Positions 8,940 to 18,081 of a DNA stretch of 64,000 nt are shown piece after piece. A model generated the notes under the pieces. That model made no database searches and was not told where the DNA came from. It saw only the letters and a program-made list of their open reading frames with translations. How positions within the stretch are numbered: position 1 is the stretch's first letter; every line of letters begins with the position of its first letter. A program made the translations under genes and the position numbers. The stretch lies in NCBI GenBank assembly GCA_958295855.1, contig OY282383.1, positions 4,958,329 to 5,022,328 of the forward strand, written 5' to 3'. The DNA comes from an uncultured Poribacteria bacterium (GTDB taxonomy: Bacteria; Poribacteria; WGA-4E; WGA-3G).

Positions 8940-11900
8940 CTATTCAGATTTAAGGGTTGATAACAGGGGGCTGCGGAGTGCCAAGGCAGCCGCAACAGCA
9001 TTTGCAATTATACCAAAGACGAAGATGGAAAGCAAGGTAATTGTGAGGGACAACCATGGCAAAGCGCGGAGATGCTCTAAGATAATTGTGAGGGACAACC
9101 ATGGAAAAGCACGGAGATACCATTGCGAAGTCAGGATTGCTGCAAGCCCCGCGACAATGCCGATAAGCATCCCCACAGTGAGAAGGAAGCAGTTTTCAAG
9201 AAATAGCATCCGCGAGAGGAACTGGCGGCGAAAACCGAAGGCACGCAGGGCAGCCAATTCCCTGCGGCGTTCGATGATATTTCTAAACAGCACGAGTGCT
9301 AACCCGAGGGTGCCGAGCAACACCCCTAAACCGCCGAGGCTCTGAAAAGTGGAGATATAGGTGTTTTCAACTGCCCGGTAGCTTGCCAATCGCACCGATG
9401 CTAACGTAACATCAAATCCGTAATCGCCTAATGTTTTTTCTAACGTTTGTTCTGTCTCTGCCATCAATTCAGGTGGCGTTTTGATGAGGAAAAATTGATA
9501 CCCGCTTTGACTCGGGAAGTATTTCATGAAGTTCTCCTCTGAGATGATGAGCTGGCTTTGGAACAGGCTGTTCTCGAGCGTGCGAAGGTGAAGGCTGAGC
9601 GGTTTTCCAAATTCATCTTGGATGATAAATTCATCGTCAGGATTGTGGTGTAAAATCCAGCGAAGCGACTTTTCATCGCCGATGGCGATAACCTGGCCGC
9701 CGGTATCGGATGCGTTCGGTATTGGCTTCCGCCATGTTCCCGCCCTCCCGCTTCCCCCCAATGCGAATACGGCATCCGAAACGCCTAAAATTTGCGGTTT
9801 CTGGGGCCGATAGAGGTTGAGACAACTCACATCTTCACCGGGAAGTACGCGAAACGGAATCACCTCCGATGCGCTCAGGAGTTGGGAAGCTTTCTCGGAA
9901 AAGCCGAGTTCAAACCGTCCCTCTGGCGTATTCAGGCTGTGGTGTAAAGGGAGCGCGGACTCAGCGACAAAAGCGTACGCTGTCTCTGGAAGGGCATCGT
10001 GCCGATTTGCGCCCACTGCGACGATAATACAGCACGCCAAGCTGACCGTTGTAACACAAGCTTTGCTCCGTTTTGCCTGCCACGCGGCGTTTTTGAGGGA
10101 AAACCGCATCCTGCTCAGCCGCTTTGGTACACGCTGTGAACTTAGCCATTTATTAAAGGCGGACCAACCTACACCGAGAATAAAAAGCGTCGACAGGAGA
10201 AATTGGACAATCGGATGCATAAACCATGTAACAAGCGTATCCAGAATCCATGCACCAACAGGAAAATAGGCTGTTATGACACCTACAACGAATCCGATGA
10301 CGAAAGAAACGAATTGATGGAAATCACCGCTGATCAACAAGAAGAGGCTAAAACCTACCACAAGCAAAATAGTACTAAGTCCGCTCCATCCCTCCGTAAA
10401 GAGCAGACCACCTCCCAGGATACCGAGCATGAATCCACTAACAAAGATACGAATTTTGGCTACCCAACCCCCTGATACATTTGCATTTTGAGGGAGTGGT
10501 ATTATCCCCCGCTTGGCGGGGGTGAATACCCTAAGCGGTGTGGCATTCGCGGCATCAAAATCAGTTTCACCGGCGAGGAGCGCGGCAGTGGAGACACGCC
10601 CTACCCTGACAACAGCCCTAAGGATAGAAATCATAACGACTGCGAATACTACCAGGATACCGATGAGTAAGCTCCACAGACTCGCATGAAATTCTATAAA
10701 GGGTGTGCCGATAGCAGGCAACCACCACGTCTGTAGCCCGAATATCATCAGCTGTGCATACCCGATTGCCAGCAGGCACCCTAAGAGACTACCGATACCA
10801 GCGATGATGCCCCCTTCGTAAAGGAAACGGCGACGGATTTTGGCAAGTGGGTAGCCAACAGCTTGTAAAATGCCGATCTCGCGCGAACGTTGTTCGACAC
10901 CGATACAAAAAAACATCTCAACGAGCCAGGCGACCGCGAGGATTAAAAAAAAGCTTAGACTGCTAAACAACATGCCAAAATCTGTTGCTCCTGCTGATGC
11001 TTCAAGCCCATCCGAGCGAAGCGGTAAAAACTGGAACCCGACCTGTTCTGGCTGAATCTTTTTGAGGAATTCAGTTTCAAAAAGCGCGCGTGTCGCAGGG
11101 ATGTCTGTGCCCGGTGCAGTTTCCAATCGAATAGCGGTGAGTTCTCCGAATCGGTTTTTCCAGAGTCGTTTGCCGGTTTCCAGCGGAACATAAGCTTTCG
11201 GCGTTGCCCCGTATTCATCCCAATATGCCTCATCCTGACTACGAATGAGGGTGTAATCAATCGGAAAAGGAGACTCCCATTCGGACATATCGGCGGTGTC
11301 GTGAATGCCCGGAAATTCAGGGATGATGTCCCTGTCTGCGGCAATACCCTCAATTGGAACAATGCCTTTCATAAGGAATTGTGCCTTTTCAATCGTGTAC
11401 GTTTCACCCGCGTCGACGCGATAGTAGTTAATCTCAACACTATCGCCCACTTTGGCATCAAGCTCTGCCGCTGCCCACGTATTAAGGATAATTTCATCTG
11501 TTCCCCCCGATACCAGCGGTGCTTCAAGTTTGTCAATTGGCAATGCCATGATTGTTGCGTATGGAACAGTTTTGTCGTTAGTCCTTATCGTATTCGCGAG
11601 GTAGGTGAGTGTAGGGAGCACAGGGATGTGGTTTTCAGCCGCAATTGTTAGGGCCGTATCCGACAGGACTGGCTTGAGAAGGTACTGCTGGCTTTGCAAG
11701 TCGAAGTGGTTCTCATGTTCCTGAATGTTTAAGCCGAGTGCCGCTAGCGTCAACTGAAGGTTGTCCGGTGAAAGCGGAGCAACGTCTGCCGTGAATAGGG
11801 CGTTCACTTTGCCAGCTTGGCCAAGTGCTTTTTGCAAAACCGGGAGTGCGATGAACACATTCAAAGGGAGGCTTTGATGTGCGCGCAGACTGAATCTGCC

Positions 11901-12542
11901 TGCATTCTCGTTCCCGATAATGTCACGCACAATTAGCCGGAGGCTTTGAATCACCTCAGATGTTTCTCGTCGCCCGAGAAGAAACTCAGGATGGATGTCA
12001 ACTGCTTGCGGAAAATTAACCAGAATCGCATCGCCGACCTGAACGTTCAATTCGCTTTGGAGTGCCTCGTTAATGACAATGGCAGCGAAGGGCTGGTTTG
12101 ACGTTTTGTTCAGAGTGGTTTCCCCCCCTCCCGGTGGAGGGGTTTGCTCATGTTGTATTCCCCGCTTTGCGGGGGAACCAGCCCTTTGCCAAAATTGGAA
12201 GAAGGCATCATCTACACCGTAAATGTTAACCTTTGAGGCGCGGGTTTCAGTTTTCGGGACAACGACTGTGCCGTTCAGCAGAATCGCTGGCACCATGCCC
12301 TGCGGGAGTTTACTATGAAAAGCGTTGCTTTTCATAATCAACTCGGGTTGAAAAAAGTGGTCGGCGATGAGGGCATGCTGAATTGTGCCGAGGCGTTCCA
12401 ACGTGAGGGCACGCAGGCTCCCGCGGACAGAATCGCCAACAATCAAGGCACCGGCAAGCACTCCCGTTGCCACCGCAGTACAAAGCGCAACGGTGAGATG
12501 TATCTGCCAAAAGTATTTATGGGATGCCCAAAATGTGCGCAT
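8940..12542 (-). CDS. ABC transporter permease, MacB/FtsX-like with duplicated FtsX domains
   Basis: 1200 aa, two blocks of 4 TM helices with large periplasmic loops. Adjacent to an ABC ATPase. Contains in-frame family-B repeat-derived segments (…SPAKRGIQHEQTPPPGGGETT…, …FTPAKRGIIP…). Confidence 0.7.
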   Translation of the reverse strand: MRTFWASHKYFWQIHLTVALCTAVATGVLAGALIVGDSVRGSLRALTLERLGTIQHALIADHFFQPELIMKSNAFHSKLPQGMVPAILLNGTVVVPKTETRASKVNIYGVDDAFFQFWQRAGSPAKRGIQHEQTPPPGGGETTLNKTSNQPFAAIVINEALQSELNVQVGDAILVNFPQAVDIHPEFLLGRRETSEVIQSLRLIVRDIIGNENAGRFSLRAHQSLPLNVFIALPVLQKALGQAGKVNALFTADVAPLSPDNLQLTLAALGLNIQEHENHFDLQSQQYLLKPVLSDTALTIAAENHIPVLPTLTYLANTIRTNDKTVPYATIMALPIDKLEAPLVSGGTDEIILNTWAAAELDAKVGDSVEINYYRVDAGETYTIEKAQFLMKGIVPIEGIAADRDIIPEFPGIHDTADMSEWESPFPIDYTLIRSQDEAYWDEYGATPKAYVPLETGKRLWKNRFGELTAIRLETAPGTDIPATRALFETEFLKKIQPEQVGFQFLPLRSDGLEASAGATDFGMLFSSLSFFLILAVAWLVEMFFCIGVEQRSREIGILQAVGYPLAKIRRRFLYEGGIIAGIGSLLGCLLAIGYAQLMIFGLQTWWLPAIGTPFIEFHASLWSLLIGILVVFAVVMISILRAVVRVGRVSTAALLAGETDFDAANATPLRVFTPAKRGIIPLPQNANVSGGWVAKIRIFVSGFMLGILGGGLLFTEGWSGLSTILLVVGFSLFLLISGDFHQFVSFVIGFVVGVITAYFPVGAWILDTLVTWFMHPIVQFLLSTLFILGVGWSAFNKWLSSQRVPKRLSRMRFSLKNAAWQAKRSKACVTTVSLACCIIVAVGANRHDALPETAYAFVAESALPLHHSLNTPEGRFELGFSEKASQLLSASEVIPFRVLPGEDVSCLNLYRPQKPQILGVSDAVFALGGSGRAGTWRKPIPNASDTGGQVIAIGDEKSLRWILHHNPDDEFIIQDEFGKPLSLHLRTLENSLFQSQLIISEENFMKYFPSQSGYQFFLIKTPPELMAETEQTLEKTLGDYGFDVTLASVRLASYRAVENTYISTFQSLGGLGVLLGTLGLALVLFRNIIERRRELAALRAFGFRRQFLSRMLFLENCFLLTVGMLIGIVAGLAAILTSQWYLRAFPWLSLTIILEHLRALPWLSLTITLLSIFVFGIIANAVAAALALRSPLLSTLKSE

Positions 12543-12584
12543 ATTCTTTCAGTCGGTAGGAATCGCGATTCGGAGATGGCTCCT

Positions 12585-12690
12585 ACCTTTGTAAACCTTG
12601 CGTCAGAAACCTCTGACGAGATTTACAGTGGATTGTTAGATCTATCTTGCATTCTCAATTCTCCGCAAGGAATGCCGAAGAGGAGTTTGT
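12585..12690. repeat. MITE family A copy overlapping the 3' end of the ABC ATPase gene
   Basis: aaccttgcgtcagaaacctctgacgagatttacagtg...attctcaattctccgcaaggaatgccgaag. Supplies the last codons of ORF 12655..13491. Confidence 0.8.
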
Positions 12691-13491
12691 AGTGCCAATA
12701 TCTGTCTCTACAGTACAGGTACCATCGGCGAGCTTGAGGTGATTCTGAAACAGGGAGGCGAATGCAAGGTTATGTGTAACAACGATTAAGATGTTCTGTT
12801 CCGCCTTGTGGAGTTCAAAGAGGACATTGGCGATAGTCTCCGCAGTTGTGTTATCAAGATTGCCTGTTGGTTCATCACAGAGGAGAATGCCCGGGCGGTT
12901 GATAAGCGCGCGCGCGATAGCAACGCGTTGGCGTTCGCCACCGGAGAGCTCCGCGGGCCGATGCGAGCGACGGTGTGTGAGTCCAACCTGTTGGAGGAGT
13001 TCGTATGCCCGTTGTGTGGCATCAGGTGGTTTCCCTTTAAATACAAGCGTCGGGATTAACACATTTTCAAGCACGGAATATTGCGGCAGCAGATGGTGTT
13101 CCTGAAACACAAACCCAATCACCGCGTTCCGATATCGCGCAAGTTCAGGTTCAGTGAGTGTAAACGGATCGGTGTTGTTAATCTCGACCCGCCCGCCAGA
13201 GGGTTTTTCTAATGTGCCGATGAGATGCAGAAGGGTGCTTTTGCCGGAACCGGAGGGACCGGTAATGGCGACAGAGGCACCCGCGCGAAAGGCAAATGAG
13301 ATGTTGCGCAGGACCTGGATTTTCCCGAAGTCCTTGGAAAGATTGGAAACTTTGAGCAGGGGGGTACTGTTTTTCGTCAATTCGGTTTCTGCTCCGATTT
13401 TTCCGCGGTGGGATTCGCCCCGCTTTGCGGGGTATTTACCCACTGCAAAATCGGGTTTCTTATGAGTTCCAACGAACATCCTCAAAATCAA
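12655..13491 (-). CDS. ABC transporter ATP-binding protein (LolD/MacB type)
   Basis: Walker A GPSGSGKST, signature LSGGERQRVAIARAL, Walker B ILLCDEPTGNLD. The true start is uncertain because the 5' region is family-B repeat. The C-terminal tail …SSAFLAEN is read from MITE A. Confidence 0.85.
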   Translation of the reverse strand: MILRMFVGTHKKPDFAVGKYPAKRGESHRGKIGAETELTKNSTPLLKVSNLSKDFGKIQVLRNISFAFRAGASVAITGPSGSGKSTLLHLIGTLEKPSGGRVEINNTDPFTLTEPELARYRNAVIGFVFQEHHLLPQYSVLENVLIPTLVFKGKPPDATQRAYELLQQVGLTHRRSHRPAELSGGERQRVAIARALINRPGILLCDEPTGNLDNTTAETIANVLFELHKAEQNILIVVTHNLAFASLFQNHLKLADGTCTVETDIGTTNSSSAFLAEN

Positions 13492-13790
13492 TGTGCGTTT
13501 CTCCTCTATAAAAGAACCAAAGGGGTTGCCATCTGATTAGAGACACTCACATCAAGGCATTTCGTCAATTCAGTTTCAAGGGTAGGCACAAGGCACTACC
13601 CCTACGGATTTTTCCGTGGTGGGATTCGCCCCGCTTTGCGGGGTATTTACCCACTACAAAATCGGGTTTTCATCAATTCAGTTTCAAGGGTAGGCACAAG
13701 GCACTACCCCTACGGATTTTTCCGTGGTGGGATTCGCCCCGCTTTGCGGGGTATTTACCCACTGCAAAATCGGGTTTCTGCGACGTGCAT
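13398..13790. repeat. cluster of family-B hairpins (CCCCGCTTTGCGGGG) and family-E (gggtaggcacaaggcactacccctac) units, ~118-bp period, about 2.5 copies
   Basis: tcaattcagtttcaagggtaggcacaagg at about 13565 and 13683. ccccgctttgcggggtatttacccact at about 13410, 13636 and 13745. Confidence 0.85.
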
Positions 13791-13812
13791 TTCCGCAAGG
13801 AATAACGCATTC

Positions 13813-14229
13813 TCAATTCTCCGCAAGGAGTAACGAAGAAATAAAATCGGGGATAGGGATAGCACGTATCTTTTCACCGGGATTGCATACACAACAGACA
13901 GTCGTGAATTGCCCACGTGCTATGTCCTTTCCCTGATGGGTAAAACAGAATTGATAGGTGAGCGACTTCGTCCCTTTTTTCGAAACCCACATAAGGATGT
14001 CCACTTCATCTTCAAAACGCAGGGGGTGTAGATATTCACACGACGCAGCGAGGCGAGGCCATCCAATTTTATCCCCATTCCACTCAGTTGCGACGCTGGT
14101 GCCTAGGCTCCGTAAGAATTCATGTTCCGCAGATTCCATAAACACGAAAAACCTACTGAAATGAACGATGCCTGCCATATCTGTATCGGCAAACTCAATT
14201 TTCCGTTTTGTTCGGTATTCAGTCCGCAT
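13813..14229 (-). CDS. acyl-CoA thioesterase, hotdog fold (YbgC/4HBT-like)
   Basis: FADTDMAGIVHFSRFFVFMESAE matches the 4HBT/YbgC active-site region (D…hVhf). Confidence 0.65.
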   Translation of the reverse strand: MRTEYRTKRKIEFADTDMAGIVHFSRFFVFMESAEHEFLRSLGTSVATEWNGDKIGWPRLAASCEYLHPLRFEDEVDILMWVSKKGTKSLTYQFCFTHQGKDIARGQFTTVCCVCNPGEKIRAIPIPDFISSLLLAEN

Positions 14230-14317
14230 TTTTATTATCCTACCGCGGCCATATTCTATACCTGTGTGGAAGGGATTTGTAACTTTAGTCCCGTGCTTTG
14301 CACGTGATAAAATGCCT

Positions 14318-14352
14318 TCCCGAAGTTCACCACTATTGAAAATAGTGGCAAA
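14318..14352. repeat. family C palindrome CCACTATT-GAAAA-TAGTGG
   Basis: ttcaccactattgaaaatagtggcaaacctc. Also at 15862-15898, 37980-38015 and 38830-38868 (some as reverse complement). Confidence 0.85.
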
Positions 14353-14370
14353 CCTCTACGCTATGAGGAG

Positions 14371-15786
14371 TTACATTTTCGGGAAGTTTGGAACATCCTT
14401 ATAGTGGCTCCACGTTTCGGCATAGATTTTCCAGTGTCCATCCGCTGGATCTACCATTAAATTCAGTTTTTTTGTGCCATAATCGTCGTAAGCAGGGCGG
14501 CTTCCTTCTGCAGGCCTTCCAGTGAATTTTTGCAAGAATGTAGCATCGGCAACTGCCCTGTCTCCGTTAATCTGCAAGTTGGAAATTGACACCTGAATGT
14601 CCCCGTACATTTTGTTGAGTTTTTGCATCTTTGTGCGAAGATCCCTTTTTGTCAGGTAGACAGAAGTTTCCTTGCCGTTTCGCACGGTGACGCGCGTGAT
14701 TTGCGCCCGTTCTGCATAGATGCCCATGTAGGTTTGAAGGTCTTTGTCCTCCCAAGCTGTTTGCCATTTTCCCAAGATTTGCCTCACTTTGAGTTGGGTA
14801 TCAAGTGGCGCAGTTCCTTCAAAGGTGCCGCCTGAAGTTTCACCGGAAACAGTGTCCATGGCGGGCTCTTCATGTTGCACTATCTCTGTGGAGCTTGATG
14901 CGTCACTGATTTCATCGTTAGTCAGTTTCCATCTGCGTCTAAAAAATCCCTTTTTCTCAATAGCAAGCGTTCGGAAGTGTGATTCAATTGGGATGTCATC
15001 ACTTTGCAGCACTACGCGGATGTTGGCAACCACATAGCGATTTTTATGCTGTGGGACAGCCGTATAGGTAGCCTGCGTTAAGTCAATCACATGGGCTTGG
15101 GACATCATGTCTTTGATTCGTTGAAAGTTTACTTTCCGCTTTTTTAGGGCAGATTTATCCCAGAGTCCAGTGTATTTCTTTACATTTTGCGATTCCAGCG
15201 CGGCCTTCCATGAAAGGACTAGGGGTGCTACAGGCGTTTTGGGCTGTAACGTAGTGGGCGTTGGCACAGTGGGCTCAGTAGGTGTGCTCACCGGAGCAAG
15301 TTGTTGGCCGACTACCTCATCCTTGATAATCTTCCACCGCTCTTGAATGATGCCTTTCTTTTCAATAATAAGGTTTCGCAGCTGCTGTTGCGATTCACCG
15401 CGAAAATGTACAATAAGCGGTACTCCTTCAATCCGTAAGCGGTTGGTGTATCGAGGGTCCGTGCGCGGTTCAATAGCCTGCTCATGGAGGTTGACTTCAA
15501 AATTCACTGTATCATCTTTTAGGAGTTCCACTGTGCGTTGATAGTTCGTATCAGATTTCTGGCGTGTGTTCGTGCCCCAGAGTGCTTCATATTTTTTCAC
15601 ATCTCCGGATTCAAGCGCACTTTTCCACTTCGCCAAAAAGGCGATAGGCGTTTCACTGGAGCTCATGAACATCACGACGAATACAACGAGGGCAATGACG
15701 ATAGCTGCAATCGCGCCACCCCACATCAGGTGCCGCGGCAGAGTGAATTTATTTTTGCCATTTTGCGCGTTGTTAGGGCTATTCAT
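14371..15786 (-). CDS. membrane-anchored hypothetical protein with three NTF2-like/SnoaL-like repeats
   Basis: N-terminal TM helix. Three internal repeats each starting W(K/Q)xA(L/W)ExxD/NVKKY…W. Same domain as the C-terminus of the next gene. Confidence 0.45.
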   Translation of the reverse strand: MNSPNNAQNGKNKFTLPRHLMWGGAIAAIVIALVVFVVMFMSSSETPIAFLAKWKSALESGDVKKYEALWGTNTRQKSDTNYQRTVELLKDDTVNFEVNLHEQAIEPRTDPRYTNRLRIEGVPLIVHFRGESQQQLRNLIIEKKGIIQERWKIIKDEVVGQQLAPVSTPTEPTVPTPTTLQPKTPVAPLVLSWKAALESQNVKKYTGLWDKSALKKRKVNFQRIKDMMSQAHVIDLTQATYTAVPQHKNRYVVANIRVVLQSDDIPIESHFRTLAIEKKGFFRRRWKLTNDEISDASSSTEIVQHEEPAMDTVSGETSGGTFEGTAPLDTQLKVRQILGKWQTAWEDKDLQTYMGIYAERAQITRVTVRNGKETSVYLTKRDLRTKMQKLNKMYGDIQVSISNLQINGDRAVADATFLQKFTGRPAEGSRPAYDDYGTKKLNLMVDPADGHWKIYAETWSHYKDVPNFPKM

Positions 15787-15861
15787 AGCTTAATCTCCTT
15801 GCGCGCTTGGGGGTGGTATAAGCCCCCGCAAAGCGGGGGTAAATTCCCCATCGCGCTTGTG

Positions 15862-15898
15862 GGAAGAGGTTTGCCACTATTTTCAATAGTGGTGAACT
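15862..15898. repeat. family C palindrome copy
   Basis: gtttgccactattttcaatagtggtgaacttc. Confidence 0.85.
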
Positions 15899-15900
15899 TC

Positions 15901-17241
15901 TTAAAGATTGGGTACATTCTCGTAGATCTGCCAGATCTCGTGATGGATTTTCCATGCGTTACCCACTTGATGCATCCAGACTTCGCGAATCCATATATTG
16001 TACAGGGCTGTCGCGTTTTCGTCTTCCGCTGGGCGAACTAAACGGCTCAAGCGGTGAACGCCGATGACACTTTCCCCCTCAACCTGAGTGTCTGTTTTAA
16101 CTTTACGCCAGGGATGAGCGTTCATCTGCCGCAGGGCGGCTTCAAGTTGGCTCCGGTCAATTTTGCTGCGATTTTCCTTGCTTTCCCGAATCACCACTTT
16201 ATCGGTCACCACGTGTGGCGTATAGTAGCCAAGATGCCCTGTGAGGTTTTTACTATGCCACGCATTATTCCAATTGCTGAGTGCTGTTTTGCCGGCAGCA
16301 ATCTGTTCCGTGGAGAGCGAGGTGCGCCCTGTCTTGACAGGCTCATTCGCCTGTTGACTCTGGACATAAGCGCGTGCCTCTTGTGCTTTCTGTTTCAGAT
16401 AGTCCGCATGTTTTTCTACACCACTCCGCTGGTTCGCCTGTGCCAGTTTCTCCGTATAGATTTGCGCCTGTTCGCGCATCTGCTTTCTGATAGATTCGGC
16501 CTGGGCGATAGCCGCACGTTTCTGATGTCCCTCTTCTTTCACCATGACATCAGCTACTTCCAGTTTGCGACGAAGTTCCGCCATTTCCTTACCGTAGTTG
16601 CGGAGGGCGGTTTCTGCCCGATTCGAGCGGGACTGAATCTCCTTTAAGGTTTCACTAAGTTCCGCAACCTGTTTGCCATATTTTTCCCGCGTATTGCTCA
16701 GTTCCCGTCTCTTTTTTTCCAGGTTGCTAATCGTCTGTTTCAAATCCTTTTTCTCACGAGTGAGTTGCTGCAGCTCATCCTGCACCATCGCGAGTTGTTC
16801 TGTTTTAGTGTTGAGGTTTTGGCGAAGTGTCTTCGCCCCTGCTTCCTTTTCGAGAATAATTGCATTTAATTCCGAGTTTTTGGTGATGTTGACAGCATTC
16901 CGTTGCGCGACTCTGGCATCAACGATTGCTTGGTGCGCGAGTCGGAGGGCATCGCTCCCGTTCTTTTCAGCGAATGCCGTTCTCGCTTCCTCAAGATTGG
17001 ATACGGCAGCTTCAAACGCTTCGGGAACAAGCGAAGGGGCATCGGCTGCACGCGCCGCTTCAATCGCTGACTCTGCCCGCGTGAGCACGGTGTCGACTTC
17101 TGGTGCTTCAATCTTCCCAAGTTGCCCCCCACACCCTGCAAAGCAGAGTGAGACAAGAAGTAAACCAGTGAGCCGCATGCGGCTCGGAGCCGAGTTAACC
17201 TTGACAAACACTTCTCGCGATAAAGCGATAAACCGTTTCAT
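15901..17241 (-). CDS. coiled-coil lipoprotein with C-terminal NTF2-like domain
   Basis: Lipobox LVSLCFAGCGG. About 250 aa of heptad-rich Q/E/K/R sequence. C-terminal W..AW..K.L…Y domain paralogous to 14371..15786. Confidence 0.45.
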   Translation of the reverse strand: MKRFIALSREVFVKVNSAPSRMRLTGLLLVSLCFAGCGGQLGKIEAPEVDTVLTRAESAIEAARAADAPSLVPEAFEAAVSNLEEARTAFAEKNGSDALRLAHQAIVDARVAQRNAVNITKNSELNAIILEKEAGAKTLRQNLNTKTEQLAMVQDELQQLTREKKDLKQTISNLEKKRRELSNTREKYGKQVAELSETLKEIQSRSNRAETALRNYGKEMAELRRKLEVADVMVKEEGHQKRAAIAQAESIRKQMREQAQIYTEKLAQANQRSGVEKHADYLKQKAQEARAYVQSQQANEPVKTGRTSLSTEQIAAGKTALSNWNNAWHSKNLTGHLGYYTPHVVTDKVVIRESKENRSKIDRSQLEAALRQMNAHPWRKVKTDTQVEGESVIGVHRLSRLVRPAEDENATALYNIWIREVWMHQVGNAWKIHHEIWQIYENVPNL

Positions 17242-17496
17242 TTTTTTGACTCCTTTTTTCTTTCTAAGTGTGCTCTAAAGAGCTTTTACGTGAAAATTCT
17301 GCTGTAGGTGCGCTTTCTGAGCGGGTGCCCCCAATAGTGGTAACGTTCAAAGCTCCTGCTACTAGCAAACCTACCCAAACGGAAATTCTGGTTGACGTTG
17401 TATACGCACTTTACGCAAAAGTTCCTAGTGATATACTCCCCCAGCTGAAGCAGTGGGGAAACCTCTTACCCCGTGCCAGCAAGGTGGATTGTGGTA

Positions 17497-17950
17497 TCAA
17501 CAAGGGGTGCTCGCCGTGGCGAGTCTTATACCCTCTCCGCCAAAGGTTGATATCCCAACCTTAAGAATGTTTATTGCCGCATTCACATCTCTATCATGCA
17601 GGGTTTTACACACATGACAATACCACTCCCGGTCTTTGAGTTCCAGAAACATCACACGCTGCCCGCAGTTGTGGCATAAAGGTATTAGCCCTGCTTTGCA
17701 GGGATAAATACCGATTCGGAGTTGTGGCTTCCCAACGTCCGATGGTTTCCACACGCTTGCATCGTTTGTGTGCCTGCCAACGTATCTTTTGCATGAAGTC
17801 ACCGAAGCCGAGGTCGGATACCTTCTGTCCCCAGAGACGTTTCATACCTTTGAGGTTCAAGTCCTCGAAGAAACACACGTCAAACAGGCGGACAAGGTGC
17901 AATGCCAGTTTCCAGTGATGGTCTTCACGTTGCCTCTTACCACTATCAAA
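17497..17950 (-). pseudogene. tnpB: IS200/IS605-family tnpB remnant (C-terminal RuvC-II/zinc-finger/RuvC-III part only, frameshifted)
   Basis: Two overlapping frames read …FEDLNLKGMKRLWGQKVSDLGFGDFMQKI… and …CHNCGQRV…EWYCHVCKTLHDRDVNAAINILKVG…. No N-terminal 60% and no tnpA. Confidence 0.7.
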
Positions 17951-18081
17951 GATAGTGGTGACTGCCTGTGGTGAATACCTTTTTTGCGTTTTCTACATCC
18001 CCACGCTGAAGCATGGGGTTTTGAAAACGGGGAGTTGATAACCAATAAACGTAAATTTCAAGGTTTGGTTTCTTTTCGTTG

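Noticed and set aside
17497-17950. Intact TnpB/OMEGA system
   Set aside because: Only the C-terminal third is present, split across two frames, and no tnpA. It is treated as a pseudogene remnant. The RNA part might still be transcribed but this is unverified.
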